Assembly: GCA_013265495.1 (NCBI GenBank)
Contig: MU058844.1
Span: 2,087,520-2,151,519, forward strand
DNA length: 64,000 nt
Direction of reading: 5' to 3'
Source of the DNA: Vicugna vicugna
Taxonomy: Eukaryota
The notes under the pieces were generated by a model, which searched no databases, was not told the DNA's origin, and saw only the letters and a program-made list of their open reading frames with translations. The translations under genes and the position numbers were made by a program. Below are positions 49,381 to 62,474 of this stretch, piece by piece; position 1 is the first letter of the stretch; the number at the start of each line of letters is the position of its first letter.

Positions 49381-49436
49381 CTTACACCTTTTTGTCTTAA
49401 GTGTTGTCCTTACACCTTTTTGTCTTAAGTGTTGTC
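49381..49436. repeat. Perfect 28-bp tandem duplication
   Basis: cttacacctttttgtcttaagtgttgtc at 49381-49408 and 49409-49436. Confidence 0.95.
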
Positions 49437-50488
49437 ATCTTACCATGTTCCAGTGACTCAGATTTTCCAGAATAAGTATTTATGTTCTTTTAATGCACTC
49501 CTCTTCAATGACCTTGATCTGGCAATGACAGTTACTATGTCATTCTCATTATATAAATCAGGCATAACCTGGAAGTCCGCTTTTTTCCTGTTTCACTCAT
49601 TTTACTAAGTCATCACCATTACCTTCCTTTTCTTTTTCTCTTCCTCCTTCTCCATAAGGCAATGCCAGGGAACTCCTCATTCCACAGTTTATTGCAGCTG
49701 CAGATGCAGAATCTCATTGCCTTATCTTCCAGGCAAACAAAGAAACGCCTAATCCCTTAAGTAAACTCAAAATGTATATACAACAGTTTCTCATTCATCC
49801 AAAGCTCCAGAGAGGCTTAGTCCTTTCCCAGTCTGCTCCTTAACGCGCACTGTTAACTCTTTACAGTCTTCATTGCCTTTCAGACTCTCATCTCCTGCAG
49901 AACAGCATCACGGGCTGCCAAGCTGATATTCCTTTTCTGACTTTGATGCTTATTTTTTAATCCCCTCATGAATGGCTAAAGAATTTCTTTTAGGGGCTCT
50001 GTTTATGTGGTCTAGTGCACCACCTGTCATGTTTACTTCAAGTCACAGGTCTGCAACAGACTGTCAACTTCTCACTATAGAGTAGAACAGTAGAAAATGA
50101 AGAAAAATCAAGAGGAAAAAAAACCCATTAAACTTATTAAAACCAAACATAAATACTCAGGAATGTAAAATAATCTTCAAATGCAGCTAAATAATTTTGA
50201 AGTAAAAGTCGTCCTGTCTCCCCAGTGCAAGGTAACCGGAGAAGGCCTGGATCAGACGCCCCCGAGGACAGGACTCCCGACCTCTGACCAGCCCTCAAGG
50301 AGTAAGAGATTTTCTCTCCAGGCTCCTTGTTCCAGCAGGGACAATGAGGGCTAAGTTAATGCTTCCAGGCCTTCACAGGCCTTCACAGACAAGCTTAGGA
50401 ACACAAATCAATTTTAAAATATCCTCAAATATCAAAATAATCTAACCCTTCTATCCAGGCGTGATGTGTGTATTAGCCCGTATCACTC

Positions 50489-51470
50489 CATTCATTCAAC
50501 ACGTATTTATTAAAGACCTGCTGTGTGTCTGACGTTGTCCGGAGGCTGAGATAGAGCCGTGAACAATGTCTCACCCTCACACAAGCAGGTATCACAATGC
50601 GAGGAGACCTTCCAGGGCATGGCAAGTAAAACGGGGGAAAGTAAAGGAGGAACAGGGTATGAGGAACATGGGAGAATGGGACTGACCAATGAGGATGGTC
50701 AGAGAAAGATCTTTACATAAAGTGATACTTGAGCAGAGATAATGAAGGATGGAAGAAAGCGAGCCAAAAAAAGGAGCCCAAAGTTAGGAAGATGCATGGC
50801 AATTTCTAGTAGCACCAGAGTGGTCAAATATGAACAGGTAAAGTGACTAAGGAAAGGCAAGATATGGCACGAGGTCAGAGAGGTCATGGGAACCTACGTC
50901 CTGAAGGGCTTTTTAGGCAATTTAAAAGACTTTAAACTTGCCTTTGCCTTTGCTTTTGCCCTGAGCCAGATGGGACACTCTTGAAGGGTTTTCAGCAGAG
51001 GAATGACTTGACTCAACTGTCCATGAAAGGGTACATCAGGTTGCCTGGCCTGTAGATGGACAGGGATGGACCCAGGAGGGGTATTTAGGACACCACTGCA
51101 ATAATCAAGCAAGAGATGATGATGGGTTTGACGTGGACAGTAGCAGGGAAGGTGATGCGAAGGAGTGTTTGGAAGATACAGAGGATAGGAAGCCAAGCAA
51201 GGCTGAGAGTCCAAATGGTCTGTGAGAGAGAAAGAATAGGGACAGAGATGATTCCACGAATTTTGGCCTGAACCCCTGGAAAGATGAAGTCACCATTGAC
51301 CGAGATGGGAAAGATTGTGAGGAGGAGTCTGATTTTGGATCTGTTCATTTTGAGGTGCCTGTTCAGTTTCTACTTGGAGGTATCAAGGAGGCTTTGGCAC
51401 TAAGTCTGGAACTTAGAGGAGAGGGATGGGTTGTGGACATAAATCTGGGCAATGTCAGAGTATAGATTGT
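50489..51470 (-). mobile_element. L2 (L2a-like) element, about 1 kb, with recognisable ORF2 remnants
   Basis: cattcattcaaca 3' end; minus-strand ORFs carry L2-like motifs (FPISVNG, LLDYCSGVL, VIPLLKTLQ). Confidence 0.9.
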
Positions 51471-53120
51471 CCTTCTTTATCACGACAGAAATGATTTGAC
51501 TTTATCCAAACTAAGCAGTCATACTGTACATGTTAGCAGCACATTTTACAGGGCCAATTCTGGCTTTGTGCAATGTTCTTGTGGTTTCTAAGATAAATAA
51601 ACATATTATATGTTTCCCTCTGGATGCCTTTGCTAAGATCCTGTCAGCATTTCCAAAACAGTCCTTGCTTGAACAACACCACGAAAGAAAAAATCCTCTT
51701 GAGGAGAAAGAATTTTATTGTTTTTGAAAAAAAAAATCCCTGTGTTTTCTCTTACGAGTTTAAAATTGTATAAAAACACAGTCTAGTTGCTATTTCCCTC
51801 AAGAGCTCACATTAACGAAAATACAGTGTGGTGCCTGCCTTGAATGTGGGTTGATAACTTGCTGGTGGTTTGACAGTTATGAACAAACAGTCCTGTACCA
51901 TAAAGAAGGCATATTCCTGAAACTCCAAGAGGTCTCAGGGGGCCTCAGGCACTGGACCAACATACTTAACTACAAAAGCATGGAAACATACAAATCCCAC
52001 AGTCGAGGTCATTATTTCATGGGCTCCTAGCATAGACAAATCTGCTATAACTTACATTGATCACTAGTTTATGAAGATTCCATGAGGTCACTTGACCTGG
52101 CATTGACAAGCGAAAAATAAAACGTTCTCCTTGAAATAATTTACTTTCTCTCATCTCTTCCCAAAACCAGTTATGCATGTGTGCGGATGTGTGTGGAAGG
52201 GTATACTCATGTCATCTTAACATGCTAAGAGAGAAAATAAAATTTTAATTAATTTGATCATTCATTCTTGTATTTATTTAATCCACATTTTCATTGAGGA
52301 TGTAGAATATGACAGGAACTATGCTTGGTCTGGAGAAAATGAAAATTTTAAAAAGTATGTTTTATTTTCTGTGCTCAGTAACAATGGGATGTGAAAGTGA
52401 GATATTATTTTAATAAACTTTAAAAATGAATGAAAAGATAATATCTAAGAAGGTCCTGAGAGGAAATGAAAGTCAAAAGTATTGTGTCCCCTTTCATGAT
52501 TAAAAATTATAATGTTAAACAAATTTCCTGTGGCTGTCCTTGACTCTAGGAGAAACATCTGGAGCACTGTGAGAAATACCAGGCCACCTACAACTCACGA
52601 AGCTTACTCTGAGGTCTAGGGAATGATAAACAAGCCTTCTGAGACCAGATGTTTCTGAGTGCTGTTATTTTGATTCAGATCCTTCTCATACCATCTGGAC
52701 TGATAGATGGATTTCTCCCTACGGTTTTTCTTCCTAGCTGCAGCAACTCTCATGGACAAATATACTAGAAACCTATCTGAGTGACCATACAGTTTGTAAA
52801 TCCTAAAAAGGAAAGTGAGTGCAGAAAACTCAACTTCGCATGTGTGGGCTGTATAACTTAGCCCAGGTATAAAAGTTGCTGTCACATTCACAAAGCCTGC
52901 ATTTTCTCAGATATCTAGGGTCCATTTTAAACTCCTTGCTGAAAAAGGATGTCATAGGCCCTAGCTGGCAAAGTTGGGTATCAGGTAACAATATAAACAC
53001 AGTCTTCTTTTAGATGGCTGGAACTCCTTGACCTTGGTCCTTTCTGACTCTGCAAATAGCAAATTGATTTAAAGTTGTTTTGCTTTATTTTTTTGCATGG
53101 GAAAATGTATATTTTCCCTA

Positions 53121-53466
53121 GTTTTATTGAGATATAATTGATGTATAACATTATATAAGTTGGAGGTGTATAGTAGACCCTGGAACAATGCCAGTTTGAA
53201 CTGTACAGGTCCATTTATACACAAGTGTTTTTCAATAAACACATATAATACCACAGGACTCCTAATTGATTGACTCCAGAGGTGCAGAACCACACATACA
53301 GACGTGATGCGACTTGAGCATCTGCAGATTTTCGAATCTGTGGGATGTTCTGGAACCAATCCCCTGCGGATACCAAGGGAAGACTGTACAACATAATGAT
53401 TTGGGGTTTATAAAAATTTACACACACACACACCATGAAATGATTACTGCAAGATGTTTAGTTAAA
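53121..53466 (-). mobile_element. L1 3' end (L1MA-like) interrupted by a Tigger MITE
   Basis: gttttattgagatataattg…ggtgta[insert]caacataatgattt…gaaatgattact; colinear with the uninterrupted copy at 30541. Confidence 0.8.
53171..53386. mobile_element. Tigger2-type MITE (MER2/MER8-like) with TA target duplication
   Basis: tagtagaccctggaacaa… and …ggaaccaatcccctgcggataccaagggaagactg ends; TA at 53169-53170 and 53387-53388. Confidence 0.85.
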
Positions 53467-53851
53467 GTCTGTCAGTTTATATCCATTCTCTGGGTTTTCT
53501 TTCAGTAGCAATGATAACAATAACAATAACAGTGCTTCTTTGCATTGATATGACAGCTTTTGGTTGACAACTGTATTCACTCCTATAATCTCATTGCTGT
53601 TTTATAACCAACAGTGGAATTGATTTATACTCTGATAGGAAAAGGAGACAGGAACTAAGAAATTTAAAAAGGCTTTGATAGAGAAATGAAGTTAAATATA
53701 GACCTAATCCATTAGTTAGGGGACAGGAAGTTGCACTGCTAACAGAGTTGGGGAAGAAAAATACCTCTTTTTCTGCTCCACTTCGTACTGGTATCGCCTC
53801 CACCTCTTCATCTGCTCACTCCCTCATTCTCCTATTTAACCACTCCCTCCC

Positions 53852-53932
53852 TGTATGGACTGAAGGTGACATTCCAAAATTCATGTCTAAAGCTTATCCC
53901 CCACAGTGATGGTATTAGGAGGTGGGCTCCTT
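53852..53932 (+). mobile_element. MaLR LTR 5' fragment
   Basis: tatggactgaa…ccaaaattcatgt…cagtgatggtattaggaggtggg. Confidence 0.6.
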
Positions 53933-54827
53933 TTTTCCTAAGATCAGGAAAAATCAAGACTAACTAATCTTATCACTTCTACTGAACAGTATACAGAAAG
54001 TCTTAGGTAATGAAGTAGACAAGAAAAAAAAATAAAAAGCATGAAGATTAGAAGGAAGATGTAAAACCCTCTTCATCTGAAGATGATGTGAACATGTCCA
54101 TAGAAAAATACTAAGATATCAATAAAAGATAGCTACTAAAATTAGTAAGTGATCTTTGGTAAGATCATAGAATGCAAGGCTAACATGCAGGAATCAGGTG
54201 TGTTTTTGTTTACCAGCAGCAAAAACCTGAAATATTTTGTTATTCTGTTTACCTTAGAATTATAAAATGTCTGCTGGAAAACTTACGAATAAATTTAACA
54301 GGAAATATGTAAGGCATATACATACAAACTATAAAATATTCCTCACAGAAATTAAAGAAGACCTTAACGATGGAAGACATATGCGATGTTCATCATCTCA
54401 TAAGATAATTGACCTGTAGAGTCATCACAAGTCAAATCATAGATCTAATAAGCTTTCATCTCAAAATTGACAAGCTGACTCTAAAGTTTACATGAAAAGG
54501 CAAAAAACTACATAGATACAAAGCTCTTTTTCCAAGGAAAAAATTGAGAATTTACACTTTTAATAAAGCTCAGTGTGGCAGTGGTGAAGGGACGGATAGA
54601 AAGATCAACTGAACAGAAGAGTGATGAGCATGGAAATGAGCCCACACACACGCAGTCCAAGGATTGTTAGTGACAGTGACAAGGCGATTCAAATGGGAAA
54701 GAAAGTCCCTTTCACAAATGGTCCTGGAACAACTGGATATTTAAAACATATGCATGAAAACAACATTCATGAAAAACAATGTCTACTGACTGTTACCTAA
54801 TACTCGACACAAAAATTAACTCAAAAG
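53933..54827 (+). mobile_element. Degraded L1 ORF2 (RT to C-terminal region)
   Basis: Remnant of the KEEVKLSLFADDM-coding region (aaggaagatgtaaaaccctcttcatctgaagatgatg) through cacaaaaattaactcaaaa (TKINSK). Confidence 0.85.
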
Positions 54828-54829
54828 GG

Positions 54830-55200
54830 ATGTGATATCTCACTGTGGTTTTGATTGGTATTTGCATGATGATTAATGCTGAGCATCTTTTATATGCCTG
54901 TTGGCCATCTGTATATCCTCTTTGGAAAAATGTCTATTCAGATCGTTCGCTCATTTTTCCACTGGGCTGTTTTTTTTTTATTGTATTAGATTTTTATATG
55001 TTTTGGATATTAACCCCTTATCAGAAATACCATTTCCAAACATTTTTTCCCATTTGGTAGGCAGCCTTTTAATTTTATTGTTAATTCTGTGTAAAAGCCT
55101 TTAAGTTTATTTAAGTCACATTTGTTTATTTTTGCTCTTGTTTCCCTTGCCTGAGGAGATAGACTCAAAAAAATACTGCTAAGACCTATGTCAAAGAGCC
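54830..55200 (-). mobile_element. L1 ORF2 C-terminal fragment, antisense
   Basis: gatatctcactgtggttttgatt…ggccatctgtatatcctctttggaaaaatgtctattcag…ggatattaaccccttatcaga. Confidence 0.9.
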
Positions 55201-55949
55201 AATACTATTATTTATCTCGAGTCAATTTCTGGAAGAGCAGTAGCTTTTATATTCTCTAAACTTATGCCTTAATTAATACTTTTTGCTCTAATTTTGAGAT
55301 TGGAGTTTCAATAAGTTACATGCAAAATTGGATAAAAATGGTATATTATGGGCAAAAATGTAAGTTTAGAAATAGAGAAGCAATTCATTTTTATAACATC
55401 TTATGCAGGCTTTTTGTTTTCATGTTTCTTGGCAGAGCCACAGAAATGGTACACTTCTGAGTCCCTAATTTACTTTTGAATTTTTCCTCTTCTCATTGTA
55501 TCAGACAGCTAAGAGGACCAGGTGATGGAACTAGGAATTTCCTCCCTAATTCAGCAAATTCACATTCTCAAAATCATTGTGAAATACCAGAATACTGCAC
55601 ACTGCTTAGCTTTCCTGCTTAATATATAAAAGGATAATTCTTTAAAAGCTGAAAGAAACAAAAAGACAAAAAAATCTGAAGTCTTTGTTGATAGGTAAAA
55701 TGCCAGCCTGAATAGAAATCACTCAAGGATGAGAAAATATTGTAAAAATAGCTCAACTTTATGGAAAAAAACTGCACCATACAGTGAAAAAGAGAACTGA
55801 AGTTGGGGGTGGGGGTTGGTCACTGCTTTAAAAACCATTTATCTAGAAAGCAGAAATTTTGAAAAGTCTAACCTTCTACTCTACATAAATACTGAAAAAG
55901 TAGCACGTATGAACCAAGAAATACTGAGACAGAAGGAAAGCAAGAACTG

Positions 55950-56510
55950 GCGGACAGGCAGAGTTTAAAGAAAAGACACCACATTATGAGAATAGTAAGA
56001 CAGTTTCAGAAACAGCAAAGAGGTAGAGCAGCACTGTAGAAAGGAGGCAGAACGGAAACACAAAGGTATGAGTCACTCAGTGCGATGACAAAGAGAAACA
56101 GTGAGAAAATCATCTCATGGGTACTTGCTGCTCTTTAAAAGGAAACATTCAACTAGTGCAAAATGAATAATCAAAGGCAGAACAGGAGAAATATTCTCTG
56201 AGCTGGTGATTAGAATCTGTAGCTTACAAGAGGACTCAAGAAGTATTAATGGAAAGAAAACAATCTTAAGGAAATCTAGTAAAGTATTTGGATATCAAAC
56301 ATGTACATAATACCATGCACACACAGACACACACAGACCCACACACACACACACACACACCTCACAGGTCTGTGAGACGAACAACAACAAATAGCAGTCT
56401 ATCAACAGAAGGAAAACAGTTATAGCTGCCTTGGGCTTCTCTGCAGCACTAAACTTCAGAAGAATAAAGAGCAAGATTCTCAGTATTTTGACAGAAAAAT
56501 CTGTGACTAT
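55950..56510 (+). mobile_element. Very old L1 ORF1/HAL1-like remnant containing a (CA)n tract (about 56317-56360)
   Basis: aggagaaatattctctgagct…gggcttctctgcagcac…; weak similarity. Confidence 0.4.
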
Positions 56511-57244
56511 GTCTATATACTCCTTTACATTATTTCCCTGAGACCTGGGTTATAGTCGGCAATCTATAAATATTTGTTAATTGAATTAAGAAGGAATAGA
56601 TGCAAATATGAGTAGAGAAAGTCTTTTAAAATCACTAGAGGGGAAAGAAGTGCACTGGTAATGAACCCACTGAATTTTAAACAAGGAGTATTAGTTTTGC
56701 TTTTCAAGGAGTAATTAGTGTGCCTGTTTTTCAACTAATCATTATCAATATTCTTAGCTTTTTGTTGTCAAAGAGAATGTAATATGATTTCTATTCCCTT
56801 TATGTTACTGAAATGAATAGTTTTTCCTTCTTGTCAAGAAATCAATGACTCCTTAAATGGAAGTGAACTTGTTGAAAAAAGTGAATTTTGAAATGCTACT
56901 GGCACATACCTGTTCCATGATGCAGATATGTGTGGGTATTTACAAAGAGTGATGAAGACTTTACTAAATGTGCTAGTATTGTGTTGTCTTGAACTTATTC
57001 CCCCACTTACCTTCTAGAATCCAAGGTACTCCCTCAGATTCTTTTGGCAGAATCCACATTATAAAACATCTGTATTAACTGTTTGCCCCTGAACACTACA
57101 AATTAAGGAAAAGAAGGTAAATAAAAACAGCTAGTTTGCAGTTTTGAATAATTACAAACCTCCTGAATAGTTAGTTGTAAGTTTAAGTAAGAAAATAACC
57201 AAATAATCTCCTTAGTTCTGGCATTTATTCATTTATTTAATCCT

Positions 57245-57830
57245 CATTCATTCACTCAAAATATATGGAATGCCCAAGTATTTGTTTCTAATTAGCCTAT
57301 GTTCTTGGCATAAGCAGTGGACAAGACAGACAAGGTCTCTGCTATCAAGGAGTTTATCTATTCGGGGGGAGCGGAGATAATAAACAAATAAACAAAACAA
57401 TCTCAGAAATTTAAGTACTATGAAAAATAAAATAAGGTAAAGGGATGGAAAATTATGAGGATATATAATTGTTTTATAAATGGCAGTCATGAAAATGGCA
57501 TTTGAGCACAGATCAAAGTGTCCCAGACAGAGGGAAGAGCAGGTGTCAATGTCCTGAGGTAGGACCAGTGTGGCACGTTAGTAGTGAGAGTTAAGGAAGT
57601 GTTCATGTAAAGCCTTAGCAATTGTTTTGGGGTAGAAGTGGGGCTGTGCAGAAATGAAATAGAGGGAAGGGAACAGTGGAAGCAGGAGAATCACAAGAAT
57701 ATGTCACAGTCCAGGTGAGAGACAAGGGTGTGAAAATGGTTGGCAGTGACATTGATATAAAGGAGACATGTTGAAGATAGGCTTTGGATGTTATGCTAGT
57801 AGTACTTACTGATGGATTATCAAAAATCTT
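57245..57830 (-). mobile_element. L2 3' fragment
   Basis: cattcattcactcaa…gacaagacagacaaggtctctgctatcaaggagttta…gtccaggtgagagacaa. Confidence 0.8.
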
Positions 57831-57906
57831 CCCAAATTTGGGGTGAATTAATCAATACCCTGTAGCCATAAGTTTATCATAAGTTTACAAGGAATAGTTG
57901 ACTGGT

Positions 57907-58062
57907 GGGGAGTGAGAGAGTAAGGAGGAGGGGAAAAAAAAAAAAGAAGAAGAAGAAGAAGAAGGCGAAGAATGAGAAGGAAGTGAAGAGAGAAGTGAAG
58001 AAAGAAGGAAAGAAAGACAAAGGAGAAAGGAAGAAAGAAATGAAAAGACAAGGAAAGAAAGG
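57907..58062. repeat. Purine-rich low-complexity tract including (AAG)n
   Basis: About 155 nt, almost entirely A/G on the + strand. Confidence 0.9.
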
Positions 58063-59939
58063 TTCCATTTCAACAGCTGGACCAAATTAGAAAACCAAAT
58101 AAAATTCTCTGGGTTGGATTCTGAAACCAGAAAACTGCAGTTGTGGTAAAACACCGGATTATTTTCAGCAATCAGAATGAGGGCAAATCACATCTGCAGC
58201 ACTGGGTTTGTAAACGTCGGTGAGTTAGACAGATACCTTAGGGAACAGTCCTCAGGAATTCTAAAGTATCATTACTGATGAAATGGAAAATTAGAGTTAA
58301 TGAAGTTTAAACACAGTCACCTAAAAGATTCCTTTCTGCAAACTGAGCCAGGATTTGTTTAAGGTTTGCCTGTGTTTACACAAGGCATAATGTCTGAAAA
58401 GCCTTCCTTGGTCATCAGACTGTACATCTATTGAAAACCGTATTTTTTTTGAGGTGAGGCAATGCTTTCTGAGTACCCAGAGTCCTTTATTCAAAATAAA
58501 TATAACCATAAATCAAGGGAAGGTGCCCTTGACAAGATGTATCATAATATTCACCACATTAGTTGAAAATGTGAAGAAATTTGTAGCATATATAACTTTT
58601 TAAAAATTTTTTCTCAAATTTGAAATAGAAAGTATAATTTTATTTTTAAAAACTACTATAATTGTCAAAGTGTAAAAATTAAATGAAAATTTTTAAGGTT
58701 TTATCCAAAATGCCCATATAAGTTTGACAGGCAAACTCTTCACTTTATTTCTGGCTAGGATAAGAATACATAAATAAGATCAAGAATTAGGTCAGACTTA
58801 CAAAAAGAATCCATAAAATAATGAATTGCATATCTGAGTTTAGGAATTACTCATTATTAGGAATTGCTTCTTAGTGAGATGATTATTTTGATATTAAGTT
58901 GTGCAAAATTATGACACTAGAGCTAAAAGAAAACTTTAGTTCAAGGTGATTATTTGTCAATTATTTGACTTTAATGCTTCATTGTTAGGTGTGTATGCTC
59001 ATGCAAAGGCATAGTTTTATTACTGCAAATAGAGACCATGAACTTTTATACTGCACTTTTACTAACTTACTTGAATAGAAGTATTTCCATTTTATTATAT
59101 AATATGGGTATGATTTTAGTAACATATTATATTTCATTATGTGAGTTTACTGTATAATCACTTATACATGCTTTTTCTCCTCTAATTGAGAATTTCTTCC
59201 AATTTTCTATTACTATTTAATAATATATTCTATAATGTTGAAAAATTTATATAGTGTTTAGAAAACCTTATTGTCCTCATTATAAATCACTTACTATTTT
59301 GATATCTAAATATGGGGATTATTAGATCAAATGGTTTGAACATTTCATTGAAAAAAATTTTTCTTAAATTAGTGTTATTTCATAGGTCTAAAATGGGAAC
59401 TTATTTTCTCAGCTTACTATTATTTAGGTTGTTGTTTTTTACCTAGTTATATTTTATTAACTTCATTATAATGATAAAGTTTGTAAAGCCAAAGAAGTTA
59501 AAATACTGCCTGTGGGCGGAGGGCAGGGGGACAGCAAATTAGTGAAAGAAGTAATCCAACCATCTGCCCTCATCTCCTGTATTCCGTATCACTCACACGC
59601 GACCTCAGCATTAACAGCACGCTGTAAATTGTAATGAGAGACTATTAGTGAGGTTCATAGTATGGATATTTTTGAAACACAAATTGGTTGAGAAGCAGAC
59701 GTTTAAGGAGTCTCTTGAGGCAAAAAGGACCAAACTAAAATGCTTTCATGGCAGCCTGGGAAGTGTGGGGAGTTCGGATGTCTCCCAGTCTTCTGGAAGA
59801 CCTCACATAATCCTGGGACTACCTCTGTTATGGTTTAATTCTCAAAACATATTCAACAGATTTCTAATTGAATTCTGAATCCTTTGGTACATGTAATGTA
59901 ATATTTTTAGTTATGGGTAGGTTAAACCATAATTTTCAT

Positions 59940-60330
59940 GTATTTGTTCATTCACTTAACAAATATTTGAACTTCTACCCTGTGTGGAACATTGTGATTG
60001 ACGCCAGAGGTGTCACAGAGAAAACATCATAAAAAGCAAGTCTGATCTCATTCTCTTGAGGAGTAAACACACACACACGCACACACGCACACACGCACGC
60101 AGGCACGCATAAGCAGAAAAATAAGAGGCAAACTGTAGTAGGTGTCATGACACAAACAGAAGAGGAACTGAGACTGACAGATGACCTGCTGAGAGCAAAG
60201 TCCCAGGGCTCATGCGTACCAAGTGCGGTGGAAGAATCTGAGTTGAGTCGAGGTTGATGGAGAGAGTTGATGAGAGAATTAGTATCCAAACGGCTACAGA
60301 GGACAAGAGAGACGATGCCTCCTATTTCAA
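59940..60330 (-). mobile_element. L2 3' fragment containing a (CA/CG)n tract (about 60067-60108)
   Basis: ttcattcacttaacaaatatttgaac…; tgagttgagtcgaggttgatg. Confidence 0.6.
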
Positions 60331-61993
60331 GGATGGTGGAGCTGAGAAGTCATGGAATTTGGAGGCAGAAGTCTTGTTTCTGAGGCTTGATTTCCCTCAT
60401 CTTTAACACAGACTTAATCATTTGTATTTCACAAGATTTTAATAAGGCTCAGTTTAAATAAGATACATGAAAGGTCTCTGTATATTGTAAATCTCTAAAA
60501 CATTTAGTCATCTTCGTTGCCTTTGTTTAGAATGTAAACTGGTAAATGTCTCTGGTTATCACTACCATGAAAGACTCTTTTAAGAAAAAAAGGCATTAAA
60601 TGCTTATGGAGCTTATTAGCACAGATAACGAGACGTGTTTAGAGAGACCTGATCAGACCTGGTGTTTTAGAGTCACCATCTTCTAATACATAAAAATGTT
60701 CTGGACATATTTCGCCACTTCGATCAGCAAGATTCGAATATTGGTGTAAGAGGGAGACCTTGGAATTTCATTTAGGAAGAAGGTGACACTTGGAATTGAG
60801 GAAGGGAGGCACAGGGCACAAATTAAACCATACGTGAGTTATATTTGAGAAATATTTACTTTGCCTTTTTCTTTCTTTTTCTAAGAAATGTCCCCCTAAT
60901 ATACACTATAACAGTATTCTTTAGGCCATAGTGGACTTAAGCAATAATCATATATAAAAGCTAATAAAATTGAAGTAGTGACTCTAAAAGTAATGGTATA
61001 CCCCTTTCTTTTGTTTACTTTCTTATTCTGTTTAGTCTTCATCTGTGTGGAAAACATATGGGCTAAATATGTACCTATATACACAGACACATACATTTAT
61101 GTTTTATACATATATTTATATTATATGTAAATCACTTCATTATAAAATATTTAAATATGTGTATATATTTAGATTATATATAAAACAACAGCAGGTGATG
61201 CATTTATCACAGAGGGATCGCAGGAGCAGTAAAGGGAAATATAATTGGAAAGTAGGCAGGAAAAGTGGGGGAAGGGAAGGCGTCAGTATTAAGAAGGATC
61301 CTGATAATGTTCATGGACAAAATGACGTTAGAAATTTGGGAAAGTATTTTCAGTGGTTGTGATCCAATATCCAGCACAACTACCTGTTTTTCTCTTTAGT
61401 TACTCTTCTTTTTCTTTTTTTCCATAGTGGCAAAATGAGATATGATTCACTTAAGAATTCCACTCTGAGTCATGGTCATGGTGATCACAGAAATAAATGC
61501 GGACTCGCTAGCACTTAGGCCCTCCCTCTTCTGGTTGACCAGTCTAGGGCACAACATCATTTCTGGGAAGAACAACCCACATGCCCACAAGCAGACGTCT
61601 CAGTGTACTTTTTAAGTTACTCCCAAGGCTATTCCCAGAAAGGATGTTAACCAGACCTGGAATAAATTCATTATAATTTTATTTTCCCTGGCTTCCAAGG
61701 GAATATTAAACACAATTTGGTGGTGGATAACAGCTGAATTACGCTACTAAAGATCATATCTCAACTCACCTTCCTAACTGGATAATAAAAGCTAAAAAAT
61801 AGAAAGTCAAATATTCTAATGTTAAGAGTATAAATTAGGAGATAATTTGTGAGGTGGCCATACTTAATTTTTTAAAAATTGCTATCAAACATATTGAAAA
61901 TTGTAGACCTAAAAAGCAGAGTTTCTTCTAATCAAACATCTTTGGAGAGTTTGTCTAAATGAACCTAGAGTTCCATAAAATGTTTTCAGATAC

Positions 61994-62474
61994 TGTTGTA
62001 GACAAGATAGTGGCTTCTCAAAGATGTCCACATTTTCATTCCCAGAAGTTGTGAATATGTTACACGACAATGCAATAAGGAGTTAAGGTAGCTGACAGAA
62101 TTAAAGATGCTACTCAGTTGACCTTAAAATAGATGACTACCCTAAATTATCTGGCTGGGCCTCATGGAATCACAGGGTCCTTCAAAGTAATCAGAAAATT
62201 AATGTCAGAGTGATGTGATGTGAAAAAGACGCAACTGACCACTGTTGACTTTGAAGACTGTGGACTTAAGAGACAAAAAATGTGGACATCTCTAGAAGTT
62301 GGAAGAGTCAAGGAAATGAATCTCTTTAGAGCTCCCCTCAACCCCCTGCCCCCCTGCAAAGGAATGTAGTTCTGCTGACACCTGGATTTTTAACCTCATG
62401 AAACTCATTTTGGGTTTCTGAGCTTTAGAACTGAAAGATAATAAATTTACAGCTGTAATAGGAAAACTGATACT
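61994..62474 (+). mobile_element. MaLR solo LTR (MLT1C/D-like)
   Basis: caaagatgtccac…tgtgaatatgttac…aatcacagggtcctt…ttctgctgacacctggatttt…aataggaaaactgatac. Confidence 0.9.

Noticed and set aside
43735..49436. Direct repeats of 28-41 bp as CRISPR-like arrays
   Set aside because: Only two abutting copies each, no spacers, mammalian context and no cas genes.
50699..51348. Cluster of overlapping minus-strand ORFs
   Set aside because: Frameshifted L2 ORF2 remnants.
54845..55104. Two hydrophobic plus-strand ORFs
   Set aside because: Antisense translations of L1 ORF2.
57848..58154. Lys-rich and Phe-rich ORFs on both strands
   Set aside because: Products of the purine low-complexity tract.
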